From Bugula neritina (lineage: Eukaryota > Animalia > Bryozoa): a stretch of DNA of 64,000 nucleotides. The stretch lies in the NCBI GenBank assembly GCA_964035545.1, contig OZ037773.1, positions 8,585,751-8,649,750 on the forward strand. The letters are read 5' to 3'. Shown piece by piece: positions 1 through 13,933 of the stretch. The notes under the pieces are model-generated. The model worked only from the letters and a program-made list of their open reading frames with translations. It had not been told where the DNA came from and did no database searches. Position 1 is the first letter of the stretch. Every line of letters starts with the position of its first letter. A program made the translations under genes and the position numbers.

Positions 1-3000
1 ATCCTCAACAGTGAAGGACAGTTTGGAAGTCATGGTAGAGCCCCGTGTGGCTGGCTGTAGTGATAGGGACCACGGGCTATAGAGATAGCATGTGTTCCTG
101 AGACCTGAAGAGCAGTGATATAAGAGCTAAGCAATAGAAGCAGTAGGTTTGTGATTGGGACACAGTCTACACTCTACTGGATGCACCACAACCAGTATGA
201 TTATGTTGAATAAACTCAAGGAGTTGTCTACTTACTATTGCTCCCTAAATGCATAAATATAGAGAAAACAAATCCATGAAAAACTACATGTTAATTATCA
301 GTTTGTTTAGCTAAGCAAATTTAACTGATAAATTACTTAGTCAGCTACTTGATTGCTAATGGTGGACAAATCTGCAGGGTTATTCCAGAGAAAACACATA
401 ACTAGCACAATTTTTAATAACAAACATCTATGCTAGGAACTATTCATGTAAGGGTAGTAGAGTTATCCAAACAAAAGGCAGGATATCAGATGTGTTGACA
501 GGGTATCAGATGTGTTGACAGGGTATCAGATGTGTTGATAGGGTATCAGATGTGTTGATAGGGTATTAGATGTGTTGACAAGGCAGCTCGAAAAGTTATA
601 CACCTTAATATCAATTTGTATTGACCTTGTTTATGTTTTGATGACTTCACAGGTGACCCTTGCTTGGTCAGACCAAATGCTGGTCAGATACTTTTTGTCT
701 TCACGTGCATATTTTACTCTATAGATTACTGAATAAGATGGTGAAAACAGAAAATGGCTTTAAATAGAGCATGAACCCTTAAGCAAAAGCAACCATAAGA
801 CATGGTAAGTCTCAAGTAAACATTGTATATGTAAAAATTAGCATTATGAGACACCCTGCACTTGACACATCTTCCCTTGCATAATGACACATTTCTACAT
901 TAGACTACAATCTTTATACTATTTTACAAAGGGCTACAGCACATATTATAGAATTGCTTTTGTTCCCAAATCGTGTACACAGTGTGTAGTAGCAGCTCAA
1001 GGAATGATAACTCCAACATACTGGTGTAATGCATACAAAGTTTAAGTATTATTATATCTCTATAGGTTAAATCTGATCATGGCAGCAACATAATGACCAC
1101 CCAGGCTGGTCAGCTAGACGCCATGTTGAAGGCTGTCCCTATGATCAGCTGACTCAAGTTAATGTTTATGTTGGAAGGTGGTGCATCAGGTGATACGTAT
1201 GGTGGCGTGGCACGCCATTTCTTGGTGGGATAGTGTGAAGGTTACACAACCACAGCAAGTAAAAGCTCAAGTTATTACAACATTCTAGTGTTAGCAGTGT
1301 CGAGAGATTGTGTACTCTTGTTAATATTACCAGAAGTACAAAACTGAATCTCGATATTTTGCATTTCGCAAATAAGAAATATTCACTTTAAATCTTTTTT
1401 TGTTAAATTAAAATCAGTTCCATTAATCACAGCCGAATAAAGCACACTTTAAAACTTTGAGCTGGTTGCAAATTTAGAAAAAAAATACAAAATGCTTAGC
1501 AAATATGCAAAAGAAGGGGAATATTGAAAATCATAACTCTGCAATTTCAGTCAACAGTAATAAGAATGCTGGCAGAGCATTAAGAAAGATGCAAGGATAT
1601 ATTGTAGAGGTTATTATTAGTTATTACAACATGTTTATATAAACTATAAATATCATGTTAACATCTCCTAATCCAGACCTGCATGGTGGATTTGGCAATT
1701 ATATTCTCTAAACATAACAAGAGAGTGTGTCAGTGGAATTTCATCATCTAAGTGAGCAGTTGATCGAAGCACCTTCTGTTTACACTCCAAATATTTACAC
1801 AGTCCTGTTAGACTGCAGGGAAAAGGTTACAAGTTTATGTGAAATTCCAGTCTGCATAACACAAAGCTAACAGCTTTCTGCTTCAGGTTTAGTTTGAGCT
1901 CATCAACAACGTAAGCTTGTATAAAATTATCTTCTAGGCTCTATTATTTGTTTAAATTTATTCTCACAGTCTAAGAAGTTTGAAAACTTGCTATTATAAG
2001 AGGAAACAATTTAAATTTCAAATAGTTTTTTAAACAATTGTAGTTCTAATTTGCATACATAAGCATGTTATTTACTTAATATCAGTTTTTCCTTCTGTTC
2101 CCCTTGGCTTATTAATTATAAACACTTTTAAAATACTATCAGCTAAGCAAAGTTTTGACGAAAACATATTTTCAGTCAGGACTTGTTATGTATAGGCACC
2201 TTTTCCCACTGGTGTATGCATTGAGTTGTTTACAAATAGCAGTAAAGGTAAACATTTGGACTAACAGAGTTTGCCAAGTGCATATACCTGTAAGCCAACA
2301 GGAATGCTTTTCACAGCAACAAATTATGTAATTGCCAACTGAGTAACCTTTGCATTAATTAATTAAAGAAAGCAATCAATAGCCCACGATTCTTCCAAAG
2401 GTTGGCAGGTATTGTCTAGTTAATACAGTGCTGTGAAGATCCTAGGTCTATGGTGCAAAGTTCACATTAAGTGTTTTAGTTGCATTGTGTTCTGCTGAAT
2501 AGGTTTGGGGTTGCAGGGTACAGCTGTTTCATTATAACTACAATAGATGCTTCACCAAAACATTGTTGAGTTCTAAAGATTCATCTCCAGGCATTGAGCT
2601 CTATAGGGTTCAGGTTATTATATTTAATAGGAACAGGAAATGCAACTGTGGAAAACCAGTGTTTATATTCAAAAGACCAGCTGGTGTAATTGAAAGTTTT
2701 AACCGAGGGAGATGCATCAACAATAGAAGTAATCGTTGAGCACTTTTTCTATTTTGCAAACTGCTGGTAAAAATGTTGTCACTAGTTTTGTTAAAATCTA
2801 ATGTTGGAGAGATTGGTTTGTTTCAAATACACATGTAAACTTTATGAAGTCATGAGTAAACCTAAAGATATTCGAAATTGAAAACAACCAGAATGCTTAT
2901 TTTTGTAAATAGCTAATGCAATGCTTAGCAAAATAATCTGTTAAATTTGAAGAAGTTACATCAGAAACATGTCAGTCTGAAATTTTTAGATCAAATGAGA

Positions 3001-6000
3001 AACTTCAAAAATAATTTTCTACTATTTTACAGAAGCTATTTAAATATTAGAAAACAATAGCAGGTTAAAAGTTGAGTGTCATAAGAACTGTTTAGTGTTA
3101 GTTTTACAGCCTGCTTAGAATATGGTGGTTTTATAAAGTTGAAAGTTTGAATATCTTGTGAGTATTTCTTAAACAGAAATATGATTGGATAAAACTAGTG
3201 TTCAATCAGCCATCAGCTTGTTAATGAATTGCTAAATAAAAACAGCCAGGTTTATGTAACTTATGTTAGGGTTGCGTTGAACTTGTAGAACTGCTGCTTT
3301 GTTAATCTCTAACAACCAACAGATCCATTCACAAAACAGTAGTTTAGGTATAGTAGCATGTGAATTTATCACCAAACAGTTACCATGGTGACAACTCACC
3401 AACAATCTTTCCACCTCGACCTTGACCTCCCTCCAGATAGACCCATAGACTGAGAGTAAACTCATTGGAGAGGACTTTCTCGCTGAGCTGAGGTATTCTG
3501 ACATAGTCACCCACGTCAAACTCTAAGGCTGAGCTGGCAGAAGATACATCACGTTTACTTCTGCTACTCACAGTTGACACTGTGCTGGAAAGTTGGGATA
3601 AATCCAATGGTTTAGAATCCTTGTCTGTGTCTCTACAAGAACAGGAAGTGATGTCACAAGGCAAAAATTATTTTTAGTGCTGGTAACAATAAGTTCCCCT
3701 ATTACGGAATTTCCAACTTTGTTGTTTACTAAAAATATTTTCCTTATGGAAAAGCAAAAGTGCATTCAACTCCTGCTTTTATTGTTATTGCAGGCTACAA
3801 TATTTAATTAAAGAAGTATGTAGCAAGTTTTAGAAAGGAGTTATTGCTGAACACGGAAAAGTGAGCTTAATATTATGCTGATAGACACAACTGCAGTATG
3901 CAACTGATTGCTACAGAGCACTGATGCAGTGTACAAGTTGGGCGGTTGGCTAAAAGTTTTCTAGCATAAAAGAAAGCTGAGAAGACTGTGGCTCTCAATC
4001 ACAAGCATCAATCAGAACGAAAACTCTTGACAAAGCCACAGTATGTCAGGACCTGAAGCTATTAGATCGCAATGCACTGACCATTCAATCACCTCCACAA
4101 CTTTCTGTGGTTGACACTAATAAACAAGCTAATCACAATTTCACAAGAATTTATGCTTTATAGATCAAATAGACATACCACAGCAATTAAAATTTTGTAG
4201 CTCTATCTTAGACTGCCTTTACAACCATTTATATATTAAGTGGGATAAAATCAGTTTATCATGGAGAGGTTAGTTATGATGTCATCCATGCTGCAATATT
4301 CAATTTTTCGTTAGTAAAACTGACCAAATGAATGTTTCAGTAAATATTCCAACACATCCAGAAACAAGCAACTCTAATGGTATATAAGAACTGTTCTCAG
4401 CTTTACAGCTTACTTTTGTCTTGGCAATCATGTAATTATTTCGCAGAGATAACTGGAATGATACTTCCAATTAAGGACAGTTCTATTTGATTGGCTATAC
4501 GCTCAACACTGACTACCTGACAAAGTTACACCGTCAGTGAAATCATTTGCTTGCATGTGTTCGTAACAAAACCTTAACAGCATATAATTTGTCCTTATGG
4601 TGAATTTTCACGTAATATTCTCATCAAAGTTGCTCACATGCATGTTCAACTCTTCCCCCCCCCCCACCCCTCCTATTAGGGGTTTCAGTAGCTGAGGTTA
4701 TCACACTACTAGAAATAGTTGTCATACTTTGAATGCTGTCTAAAAACTTGATAGCTCAACCAATGAACTAGAATTTCCTATTATAGTTCAGTGAGAATAA
4801 AAGAAATATTTCAAAATGCACCAGTTCTAGCAGTCTATGACGTAGACAAAGACACCATAATCACAACAGACGCTAGCAATGCAGGTCTAGGGGCAACACT
4901 CTGTCAAATTCAACAAAATGGCTCTCGGCGCTTGATATCTGCTGCAAGTCGATCTTTAACAGAGACTGAAAAGTGTTATGCAGCCATAGAAAAAGAAAGT
5001 TTAGCAGTCTGTTGGGCTATGGAAAAGTTTTCTCCATATATACTAGGTATGAAGAATGTGATTATTGAAACCGCCCATTAGTTACTTTGTTTGGGAATAT
5101 CTTTCTGGACAGGCTTCCACCAAAATCTCTTTCAGCTGCTTTGTACTTTAATCTAATATATATAGACTTAATGAGATATTGTAGCTTTTCTTAAATTTTT
5201 TATGTAAAAGTTTATTACAATTTTCAAATTATCTCTGATGGAGATAAAGATAAGATTAGTAAACTAATAGATTACTATCTTCATAAAGATATTTGTTTAT
5301 TGATGATTCAACTTAAAGGTGAGACAACTTCACTATCTTCTATTCAAGTGGTTTTGTCTCAGTCAAGGTTAAAATTTCTCATGGAGTAGAGTGTGAGTTT
5401 AAGAATTTAAAGCTAAATGAAAAGAAAGCTGCATGTAAACAGCTTACACATTGAATTTAACTTACAAACATATAATTGTGAAATTGAATCATCTTTTTAA
5501 TAATCATTATTGTAACTTGCAAATAAATTTTTGTTGTAATAAGTTTAGCAAATAAAACAATCCAAAGAGAGACCTGACATAGGTTTTAAGTCGCAGGGAC
5601 TTGAAATCTGACTTAATTTACAAAAAACTGAAAAAGCCACAAGTCACACCACTACAAAACAGTAGTATAGTTAAATTACAACCTTTGAAAATAAGTGTAG
5701 GTTGCAGGTGCCTAGTAAATCAAAATAAGTAATAAATAATAATTACCATTTTCATATTATTATTATGTTGCAACTATTTGTTTACTGCGTTGTCTTGGTA
5801 ACCAAAATCTAGATGATAAAATATAGTCTCAAAAAACCTGAAAAAAGACTTCAAGATTATAGGCACTGAGGAAGTTGCAGTTGCTGGCAGCTTATAGACC
5901 TAATTCCATTTAGTATGACATACAACTATTAGGTAAAGAGAGCTTTGCTAAACCTAGGTTTATTTATCTCTTGGGTCTGGGCTACGGTTGCTTTATTGTA

Positions 6001-7844
6001 AGTTAGCCGAGTTCTCATGCTACAAAGGTTCTGCTAGAATTACTATTTGGAGAGTGAGGGGGTTCTGCACCCACCCTTTTGTAGATGCTTGCTATTCGAG
6101 GCTTTCAACTGAGTGTTAGTAACCAAATGCATATTGTAGGAAGAAAGTGTTAGAAATAGTAATCATATGGAGGCATCAGGGCAAATCATTCAACTTTCTG
6201 CAAAACCCATCAACTGTCTGACCTTCAATGGCTATCAAATTTTTATGAATTGAAGAGAAATTAACAATTTTAATAGCTATATGAAAAAAGTATGTTAAGA
6301 CAATTAAACTCTACTAGTTGCAGAGTTACAGAGTTACTAGCTAGTTTTAGTATTTTATCTGTTTCTGTTTAAAAAGATCATCTATATTCTGCATCTCATT
6401 TTGTTAAAGGTATGGTGCAGTAATGGAGAAATTGAGAAAAGCCTGTGTTCTAGATTAGATATGTAGCAAAATAAGTTATGTTCTTGCAAGAATTTCAACT
6501 CGCACCCCAAACCAAAAATCATAAAGAAATTTGAAGAACTTAGGCTATCTCAATTTCTCCACTACTGCTCCTAAATGTTTTACATTATTTTACAATGTTT
6601 CAATTTTACAAATGTTCTAAATTTATTATATTAGATTTTAAAGGAGGTTGACAGTAATTTTTCAGGCTTTGATGTAAAGTTAAAACATTCATATAAGCAC
6701 ATGTTATAGTATGAGCACACAAGTCTAGAGATCAACCGGGTGGTTCCCTAATACTCTCTCATTTAAATGTAAAATTATCCTGTTTAAAATGAGGTTACTG
6801 TTGCTTTTGCAATATTTTAGTGAATTATATATATATAAGTACAGAAATCTAAAATGGAAAAGGAGCCACCTAATACATGGATTTAAAATCAAATGCTAAA
6901 TTTTAGAAGCACTTTTTCTTTAGCATAGATAGCTTTGGCTTGAGACTAAAAATTTAAGAGACTAGAAGTTTATTTCTCTGACAACTCTCAATGTAGCTAT
7001 TCAATGTAGCTATTCAATGTAGCTCAATATAGGCTATTCTACCTTATTAGGTCATAACTTGTTATTTAAATTTAAAGACTAATGCTACTATATTTTATCC
7101 CTAAAAAGAAAAAACAAATAAAGTAAGTAAAGTTGGAGCTACAAACTAGTGTACTTGTGCTAATGCAAACAGTCTGTGAGCAACATGGAGAATTCCATAA
7201 TTTTAAAACCCTTTTGTTCTATATTAGACAAAAAAGAATTATTCTTAAAAAACAAAACAAAGAATATTGAAAAAATTATGTTATCGCAATTTCTTTATGA
7301 TGGCAGTTGAACACAAGTATGACTTGAAATAAATTTCAATAATGCTGCGTAAAAATCAGTTAAGAAATCCCCTGAAACAGGTTTACTGAATCATTGCAAA
7401 AGAAATTCTTTAACTCACAAGAACACCACTTTAACTATATTATGTTATAAAGTTTAACTATTAAAATTTGATTAAGTAAATGTTTTCACTTCTAGGCTTT
7501 AAAAACAGAAAATAAATGAGTAATTTGTTACACTCATGCAGACCCTATCAGAATGACAAAGCCATCATCACCACTTACACAATTTTATTCCAACTAAGAA
7601 ATTCAAAATATTTGGTTAAACACAAAGATGTTTCTGATATAATATTCGACAAGAACAATGACATTGACAGCACTAAGTCTAACTGATATTAAAATGTTAT
7701 TAAATAGCAAAACATTTAAACTGAGTGTGAGTGTGACAATCCATATTTACATACTCATAGTAACCTGACTCACCGGTAACAGTTATAAGCAGTATTGAGG
7801 TCCACTAAAGAAAGTAGCAGAAGAATTAAGCAGACGTGACTCAT
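1..7844 (-). CDS. PAPPA: Pappalysin (PAPP-A)-like secreted metalloproteinase, first 3 coding exons (gene continues beyond the left edge)
   Basis: Exons 7774-7844, 3400-3632 and <1-104 are joined by phase-consistent GT-AG introns. They encode a signal peptide (MSHVCLILLLLSLVDLNTAY), a furin site RSKR, and a LamG-like start (LEFDVGDYVRIP..EFTLSLWVYLEGGQGRGGKIVGLRNTC..WSLSL..KLSFTVED). This resembles the PAPP-A N-terminus (AFTLQVWLRAEGGQ..VITGLYDKC, recalled). The protease domain is not in the window. Confidence 0.8.
481..580. repeat. Minisatellite, 20-bp unit x5 (GGGTATCAGATGTGTTGACA)
   Basis: Direct tandem copies visible in pappalysin intron 2. Confidence 0.95.
4791..5124 (+). mobile_element. 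Ty3/Gypsy LTR retrotransposon pol relic (RT-RNase H region)
   Basis: The ORF reads APVLAVYD..TDASNAGLGATLCQ..ASRSLTETEKCYAAIEKESLAVCWAMEKF..YILG..IETAH, the Ty3-type RNase H motif set. It is broken where DHKPL is expected and resumes out of frame as VTLFGNIFLDRLPPK. No LTRs are seen. It lies antisense in pappalysin intron 1. Confidence 0.9.
6414..6571. mobile_element. Small MITE (~158 bp) with ~31-bp imperfect terminal inverted repeats
   Basis: The left end GGTGCAGTAATGGAGAAATTGAGAAAAGCCT matches the reverse complement of the right end GGAGCAGTAGTGGAGAAATTGAGATAGCCT. Flanks are TAT and TAA. Confidence 0.7.
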
Positions 7845-10800
7845 GTTGTCTGACTCGGTCATTCTGAACTGAGACTCTCCCCTCTCTGGCAGCTACTCCA
7901 GACCAACTAATAAGTGTGCTGCTTTTATTTATCAATCAACCAGTTGCTCGTAAATTCTTGTCACAAAGTTATTATGTTTATGTATTGCACCCATCAACCC
8001 TTGCACTAAAGGAGTGTAATGATGTTCTAATAAAAGGGGGCAGAGGTCCTTTGCAACAGTGTTACTGAAAGTACTTTTTTTAGTAACACAAGATAATAAA
8101 CAAATACTTATATTTTTTTACTAAAAATTTTAATTTTGATTATCTAGCAAAACACTTCTTTTAATTTTACATTTTCAAATTTAGCTAAATCTTTATCCAC
8201 CCCTGGCTAATTATTTGCCGGCTAGTGGCTATCAAACTTTAATTATCAATGGAAAACAGACCCAAAAAGAATTCTTGTACAAAGGCCATCTTTATCCACC
8301 CTTTATGACGATCAAGAGGGAAAGAATTTGTTCTAAAGCCCATAAAGGTGTTAAAATAATTAAAACACTTGAAATACAAAAGACTGAAAATTCAGCCATT
8401 ATTTACGCTTGATAATTGGTAATTACATCAAAATCTGCTATTTAGAGTAGCTCTGTGATACGCGCACACAGTAGTTGTACGGAAGAAACTAAATGCCAAA
8501 CCAGTTTGGTTGTTGCAACACAATTATTATTGTTGTTGCCCTCATTTAAAATACTTTTCAAAAATATGTGGGTTGGGCTGAATTGCTTTGCTCTTGCATG
8601 GTCACTTTAACCTTTGTACCCTTCACGATAGACATAGTTCTAGATAAGTATTCCTTACATTACATAAATTCTTTCAGGGTTTATAGTTATATGTGCCCCT
8701 TTTTAGTTGTAAAATCAATGAGGAGCTCGATCTATGTGTAGGAAGCCTATGAAGTGACTGAAAAAGGATTTCTGATTTGAACATCAGATAGCAAATGCAG
8801 CTCTTGATCACTTTAAAAAGCCTACATTCTAGAACAAATATCTATAAATGTCATTTTTTCTGGTAACAAAATAAAATTCATCGAAATTATAGGAGAACTC
8901 AAGCTATTGAATTTTTTATTTTTATAGATTATTGAACAATGCAAACAGTAACCTAAGTGAAATTCCATATCAAAACAACTTTGTGCATGTCTAATCAGAC
9001 TGAGGTATTTTGGGTAGGTGCAGAATTGTAGTTTTATTTATAGTATTAGTTCTAGCTATTCCTTACAGTATGACAAATAATCAACATATGAAATATAGCA
9101 AACCCAAGCATTTAGCTACAAGTGAAAACCCCAGGCTAAGCTACGCAATCAGCATCTCCGTACTATACAGCAATTCCTCCATACAAATAGTACGTTACCC
9201 ACAAGCCTCTCTTTCCAAACAAGAACTGCTGCTATGAAAGATGATTGAATTGATAGTAAAAGGATAAGTCAGCATCTCCAAAGAACTGGTAGAAGGTGAT
9301 TGGCTGGTTAATATGTAACCAATAACTGACAGCTTTCAAATAACATTGAGCTGAGGGATCGCAACTTCTCATTATAGTAGCTTCTCTCCTAACACTTGAG
9401 CATAATTCTATATGTTATTGAAAATAGTAACCCAAGGCTAACAGAAGGGATGGAAATCCTCTAAAAATCAACTGTAAGTATATGGAAGGCAATCAAACTA
9501 CTGTTTCCGGTAGAACAAGTGCAGCAGAGGCTAGGGAAGGAAATAATGCCTGTGACCTTGAACTTCCTAAAAAAGGAAGCAACCCAATAGTAAGTCATTA
9601 CTATATGCAGTTCTTAGTGCCTGAAAATATTAAAAAGTGCTCCCCAAAAGTTTTACTTGTATCTCCATATGACTTCGTTCTTTAGAGAAGTGTTTATGTA
9701 CGGTAAAAGGTTGTCCGATGAGTGTGTAAACATATACTAAGTAAATTGATGACCAACTATGTCGCGGGTTTAAAAAGGTGACTACTATGTTATAAGCAGC
9801 TAGAGTAGATCTCAGTGTTATGGCTACAGACTTTATAACTAGTGTACAGGATGCCATCATATTAACAAATACTAGAATGCATTATCATTATTAATATGTG
9901 GTATAAATGATGAAATAGTATAATATAATATATTATATTGTTATAAGATTATTATTATATGCTATTGTGACAGCCGATAGTGGTTACTGTATCAGCTGAT
10001 AATTGTTGCTGCGTCAGCACGGGTGCTGTTTGGCACGGATGCCTATGTATTGTGATTCACAAAAGGAAGGTGAATGGATGGAGGACACAGATGCAGGCCA
10101 CAACTCTATTTTTGTCTATTGCCAACAGTATATTTTCTAAGTTAGACTTCATTCATACTTAGACTCATACTCATACTCTACTCGTACTTCACTTGTACTC
10201 ATACTTTACTGTAACCTATAACCATAAAAATTACAAAAATCTTGTTAACTTACATTAATTACATAGCTGACAAAACATTTAGTTAATTAAGTTCAAAACA
10301 AAAGATAATATAATACTTGATACTTACAATTATTTTGACAATTAAGTATAGATTGCCTGCATCTTTACACAGAGAGAAATATTAGTGCAGCGCTTGCACT
10401 AAAGTTGTTCAAAGAGCCTTTTATTGTTGGTATAGCCTGCACCACACCTCTAATAGTTGTTAGACCTGCACTTATTTTGATGAAATTGAAAATTAATCCG
10501 ATTAGTGTAAGCTGAAAAATATTTTGTAGTAGCTCTGAAACCACTTAGTTGTTAAGTCAACACTACTTTTTACAAGTATTACGTAATCATCATCCCTAGG
10601 TCTGAATGAAGCTAAACAGTAGTTGATAGGAGCAGAAAGTGAGATCAATGCTACAACTACATATGTTCAAGTTAAATTTTATTTACATAAGAATTATGGA
10701 ACAATCGGCAGTTGTTCACCTAACAACATTATTCGTTCACATGTGCACTAATGATGATCACAAACCTTTATAGGAAGCAAGGATAGAGTTGAACCCTACA

Positions 10801-13267
10801 TTTGGGTCATTTCAATTGGTGCTTCCCAGTTAGATGCTATTTATACATTTTACGTGCAATTTATTTGAATACTATTGAAATATATGTGTATTTAAACAAA
10901 TTTGAGTCAATTGCTTTTTATAATTGGCACACAAATAAATTTCTTTGCTCTGCATAAACCTATTAATTTTGCATTTTCTATATTTTTTTTTTTGAAAAAA
11001 TGTTATTATTAATGCATTTAATGCTTTTTTTCAACACAAATTTGGAAAAATTTAAATATTATTGCAAATATATCATATTGTTGGTTATTTTATGTTTAGC
11101 AATTGATATGAAAGTTATATAAGGGTATATAGGTATATAATACTTAGTACCAAAACAAAAAATACAACCTAACTGGGGAGCACATAAGTGGAATGAAACT
11201 CCTTCAACCTACTAGCTGTTTATGATTTCGAAATTTTTTTGAAACCAAGACATTTTCAAATAGCTTGTTACCAGACTACTATTAAATATTGCCCCACTCC
11301 GTTTATCAAAGACTTAAATTGAATTTTAACTGCACATATCTCTTGCATGAGTAGTTTAGGCTTCACTAGTCAATTTCATTCATGGAAAGGAAAGCCAACT
11401 AATTTAAAATGTGTGTAAAAGAGAGATCAGGGAGATGCACCATTAAACTCCAATGTACTCAGTTATCAGCAAATGTGTTTCAAACAAGAAGCTTAAAATT
11501 AACAATGAAACAAGCTACTGAATAGTCAATGGTGGATCAGGTGTACCACTTCAAAAGCCTTGTGTAAACTTGTGTAAACTACCTGGTGGAACAAAAGAAG
11601 ATGTTGCATAACAGAGCTATAGTAAGGAAATATTTAAATTGTAATTCAAAGGCAAGAAACTGGCTTACCAAGCATCGAAAGCGCAAAACAAAGGTTATTA
11701 CATAACAGCACATAATTTTCATTCACGGCTATTGACAGAAGAAATATTTTGCCAGCATAGTGAACACCAGAGGCTCAGACTAGGAGGTTGTGCTTTGAGA
11801 TTCAGTGAATTTGTGCTTCCAAACAACCCCACAACATGGAAAACATTGACTCATTTCATCACATGGGTAAAGATTGCAGCTACCTCTCAGAGATAGAAGA
11901 TGATCACTTTCTTTCAGAGTTAGGAACTGAAGTTGTCATTGCAGCAAAAGGTAAGCCCAATCATTTGCTTAACGTTGTCATTTGATATCACAATGACAGT
12001 ATGACTATTGCTGTAGACAGATAATTGAATTTGTGCAACCATAACTTTTAAGAGACCACATTGACTAATAATTCCCAAACTACTCTATTCCTATATCAAT
12101 TTGATATGAGTTTTCCTGTAACAATCTATTTTCAAAAAATTTAGCATTTTATTTCCACTTCATCTTTTAGCAATTTGTGCTAAATTCATTAATTTGAATT
12201 CCCTTCCCCATTGTAAAAGTATTGTTAATAATGCAGTTTAGCAGCCTACAAGTAGTTATTAGCCTTAATCAGCTGCCAAGCTAGCTTCTTGTTTTATAGC
12301 TAAGTACCAAAATGCCAATATTGAATATTAGTGGTGAGTTGGCAAAGTTGGCAAAATTTTTTTATTAACTTCCGTGCTACCAGTTTATTCTTTTATTTAT
12401 CTTTGCACCGCACAATTAAATATAAAAACATGTTTAAGTAGCAATATTTTTCTTGGTAGTACTTTATTTGTTTTTCAATTTATAGACATACTGAAACTTA
12501 TCAATATCTGTTATCTCGATATGAGGGGTCCATATAAAATGCTGAATCTAGCTTAAATTGTGGTTCACTAACATTTTGAGATAATTTTAATGCAGAGAAG
12601 CTTCTATTAACTAAACTAATTATGCCCAACAGCTCTTGCATTTGTAATTAAGAAAGAAGTAAAATAAAATGATGGCAAAAATTGTTAGTAAATTTTGATA
12701 AGCTCAAACTAACCCAAACACTACGCAACATAATGATTATAAGTTTGCCAAAGCCTGTATGGTTATTCAGAATCAAACGATTGGTACTATGGTGCTGAAA
12801 ATATGCTGAAAGATTTGTAGCTAACATCATTTATACTATTAGTTTTGGCCTTAGACTTCAGCTTCTTCAAAGTTGAACTTAATTTATTTACGCTGCTTGT
12901 GATTGTATATCTTAACCAAATGTTTACTGTTCATAGTAATACAGTTTAAATATTACCCAACGTTTATCTTTTGTTGTAGATCCCATAACATTTTTTAAGA
13001 CCATGCACTCAAAGATGCTGAATAGGAGCACAAAAAAGAATTTGACCGCTACAAAACTTTGAATCATGCTGAGACCTTCAGCCTGCAAGCAGGCGCACTC
13101 ACCACTACATTACAAGCGTCACTGGGTGCTCTCGACACTACACCTCACCCACTTCTCAAGAACCCAGCTGCCCTTTTTATACTACTTCTTCAGGCTTCCC
13201 TGGCCACTCAACTTTTCTTGGAGTACTACCACACTTTACTAACCGCTGGAATTAGTTATAAAACATC

Positions 13268-13350
13268 CCCTCCCCCCTCCCGTACTTGGGTTACTATCAC
13301 AGACCTCGGACTTGCACACAGGTGTGCTAACCATTACACACCACAACTGC
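13268..13350 (-). mobile_element. Degenerate tRNA-like head (SINE relic)
   Basis: The minus strand reads GCAGTTGTGGTGTGTAATGGTTAGCACACCTGTGTGCAAGTCCGAGGTCTGTGATAGTAACCCAAGTACGG. It has an A-box/D-arm-like TGTAATGGTTAGCAC and tRNA-like spacing, but the B-box is decayed. Confidence 0.4.
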
Positions 13351-13702
13351 TTGGTTATCGCTACACTACAGAGCAAGAATGTAATGACACACACTATGGT
13401 CTTAGCAGGTTCTGCTAATATTGAGAAAAGTTAACTGAATTTACAGTAGAAAAATTCTGCAAATGTTTATTTTCATGGTTTTTTTTTCTTATTTTAATCT
13501 TTAGAAGTTATTTTTTGTTGCATTTCTTATATTCAACTATCATATACAATAAAATCCACATTACTATACTCTCATACTGGTTAGAAGTTATGACAAGTTA
13601 GTTCAGAGTGATCAGTAATAATTTTTGCAGAAGCTTATTTCCAACAAAAATTAGAGCAGCATGGAACATTTATAAGTTTAGCTTTGAATATAGCTTAGTT
13701 CA

Positions 13703-13933
13703 GCATTGAGCATATCTAAGATTATCATTGAACAGAAATAAGATCATCATTAAACATATATAATATCACTATTGAGCATAAATAAGATCACCATTAAATA
13801 TATATAAGTTCACCATTGAAAATATATAATATCACTATTGAACATAAATAAGATCACTATTAAACATATATAATATCACTATTGAGCATAAATAAGATCA
13901 CCATTGAAAATATATAAGATCACCATTGAACAT
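13703..13933. repeat. Minisatellite, ~21-bp unit (CACCATTGAACATATAAGAT-like)
   Basis: About 11 imperfect tandem copies. Confidence 0.9.

Noticed and set aside
1679-1813. AG..GT-bounded segment as an extra pappalysin exon
   Set aside because: It has an immediate stop in the required phase, and exon 2 joins exon 3 (position 104) with continuous homology.
13268-13350. Functional tRNA gene
   Set aside because: There is no intact T-loop/B-box (GTTCRA) or pairing acceptor stem; kept only as a SINE-like relic.
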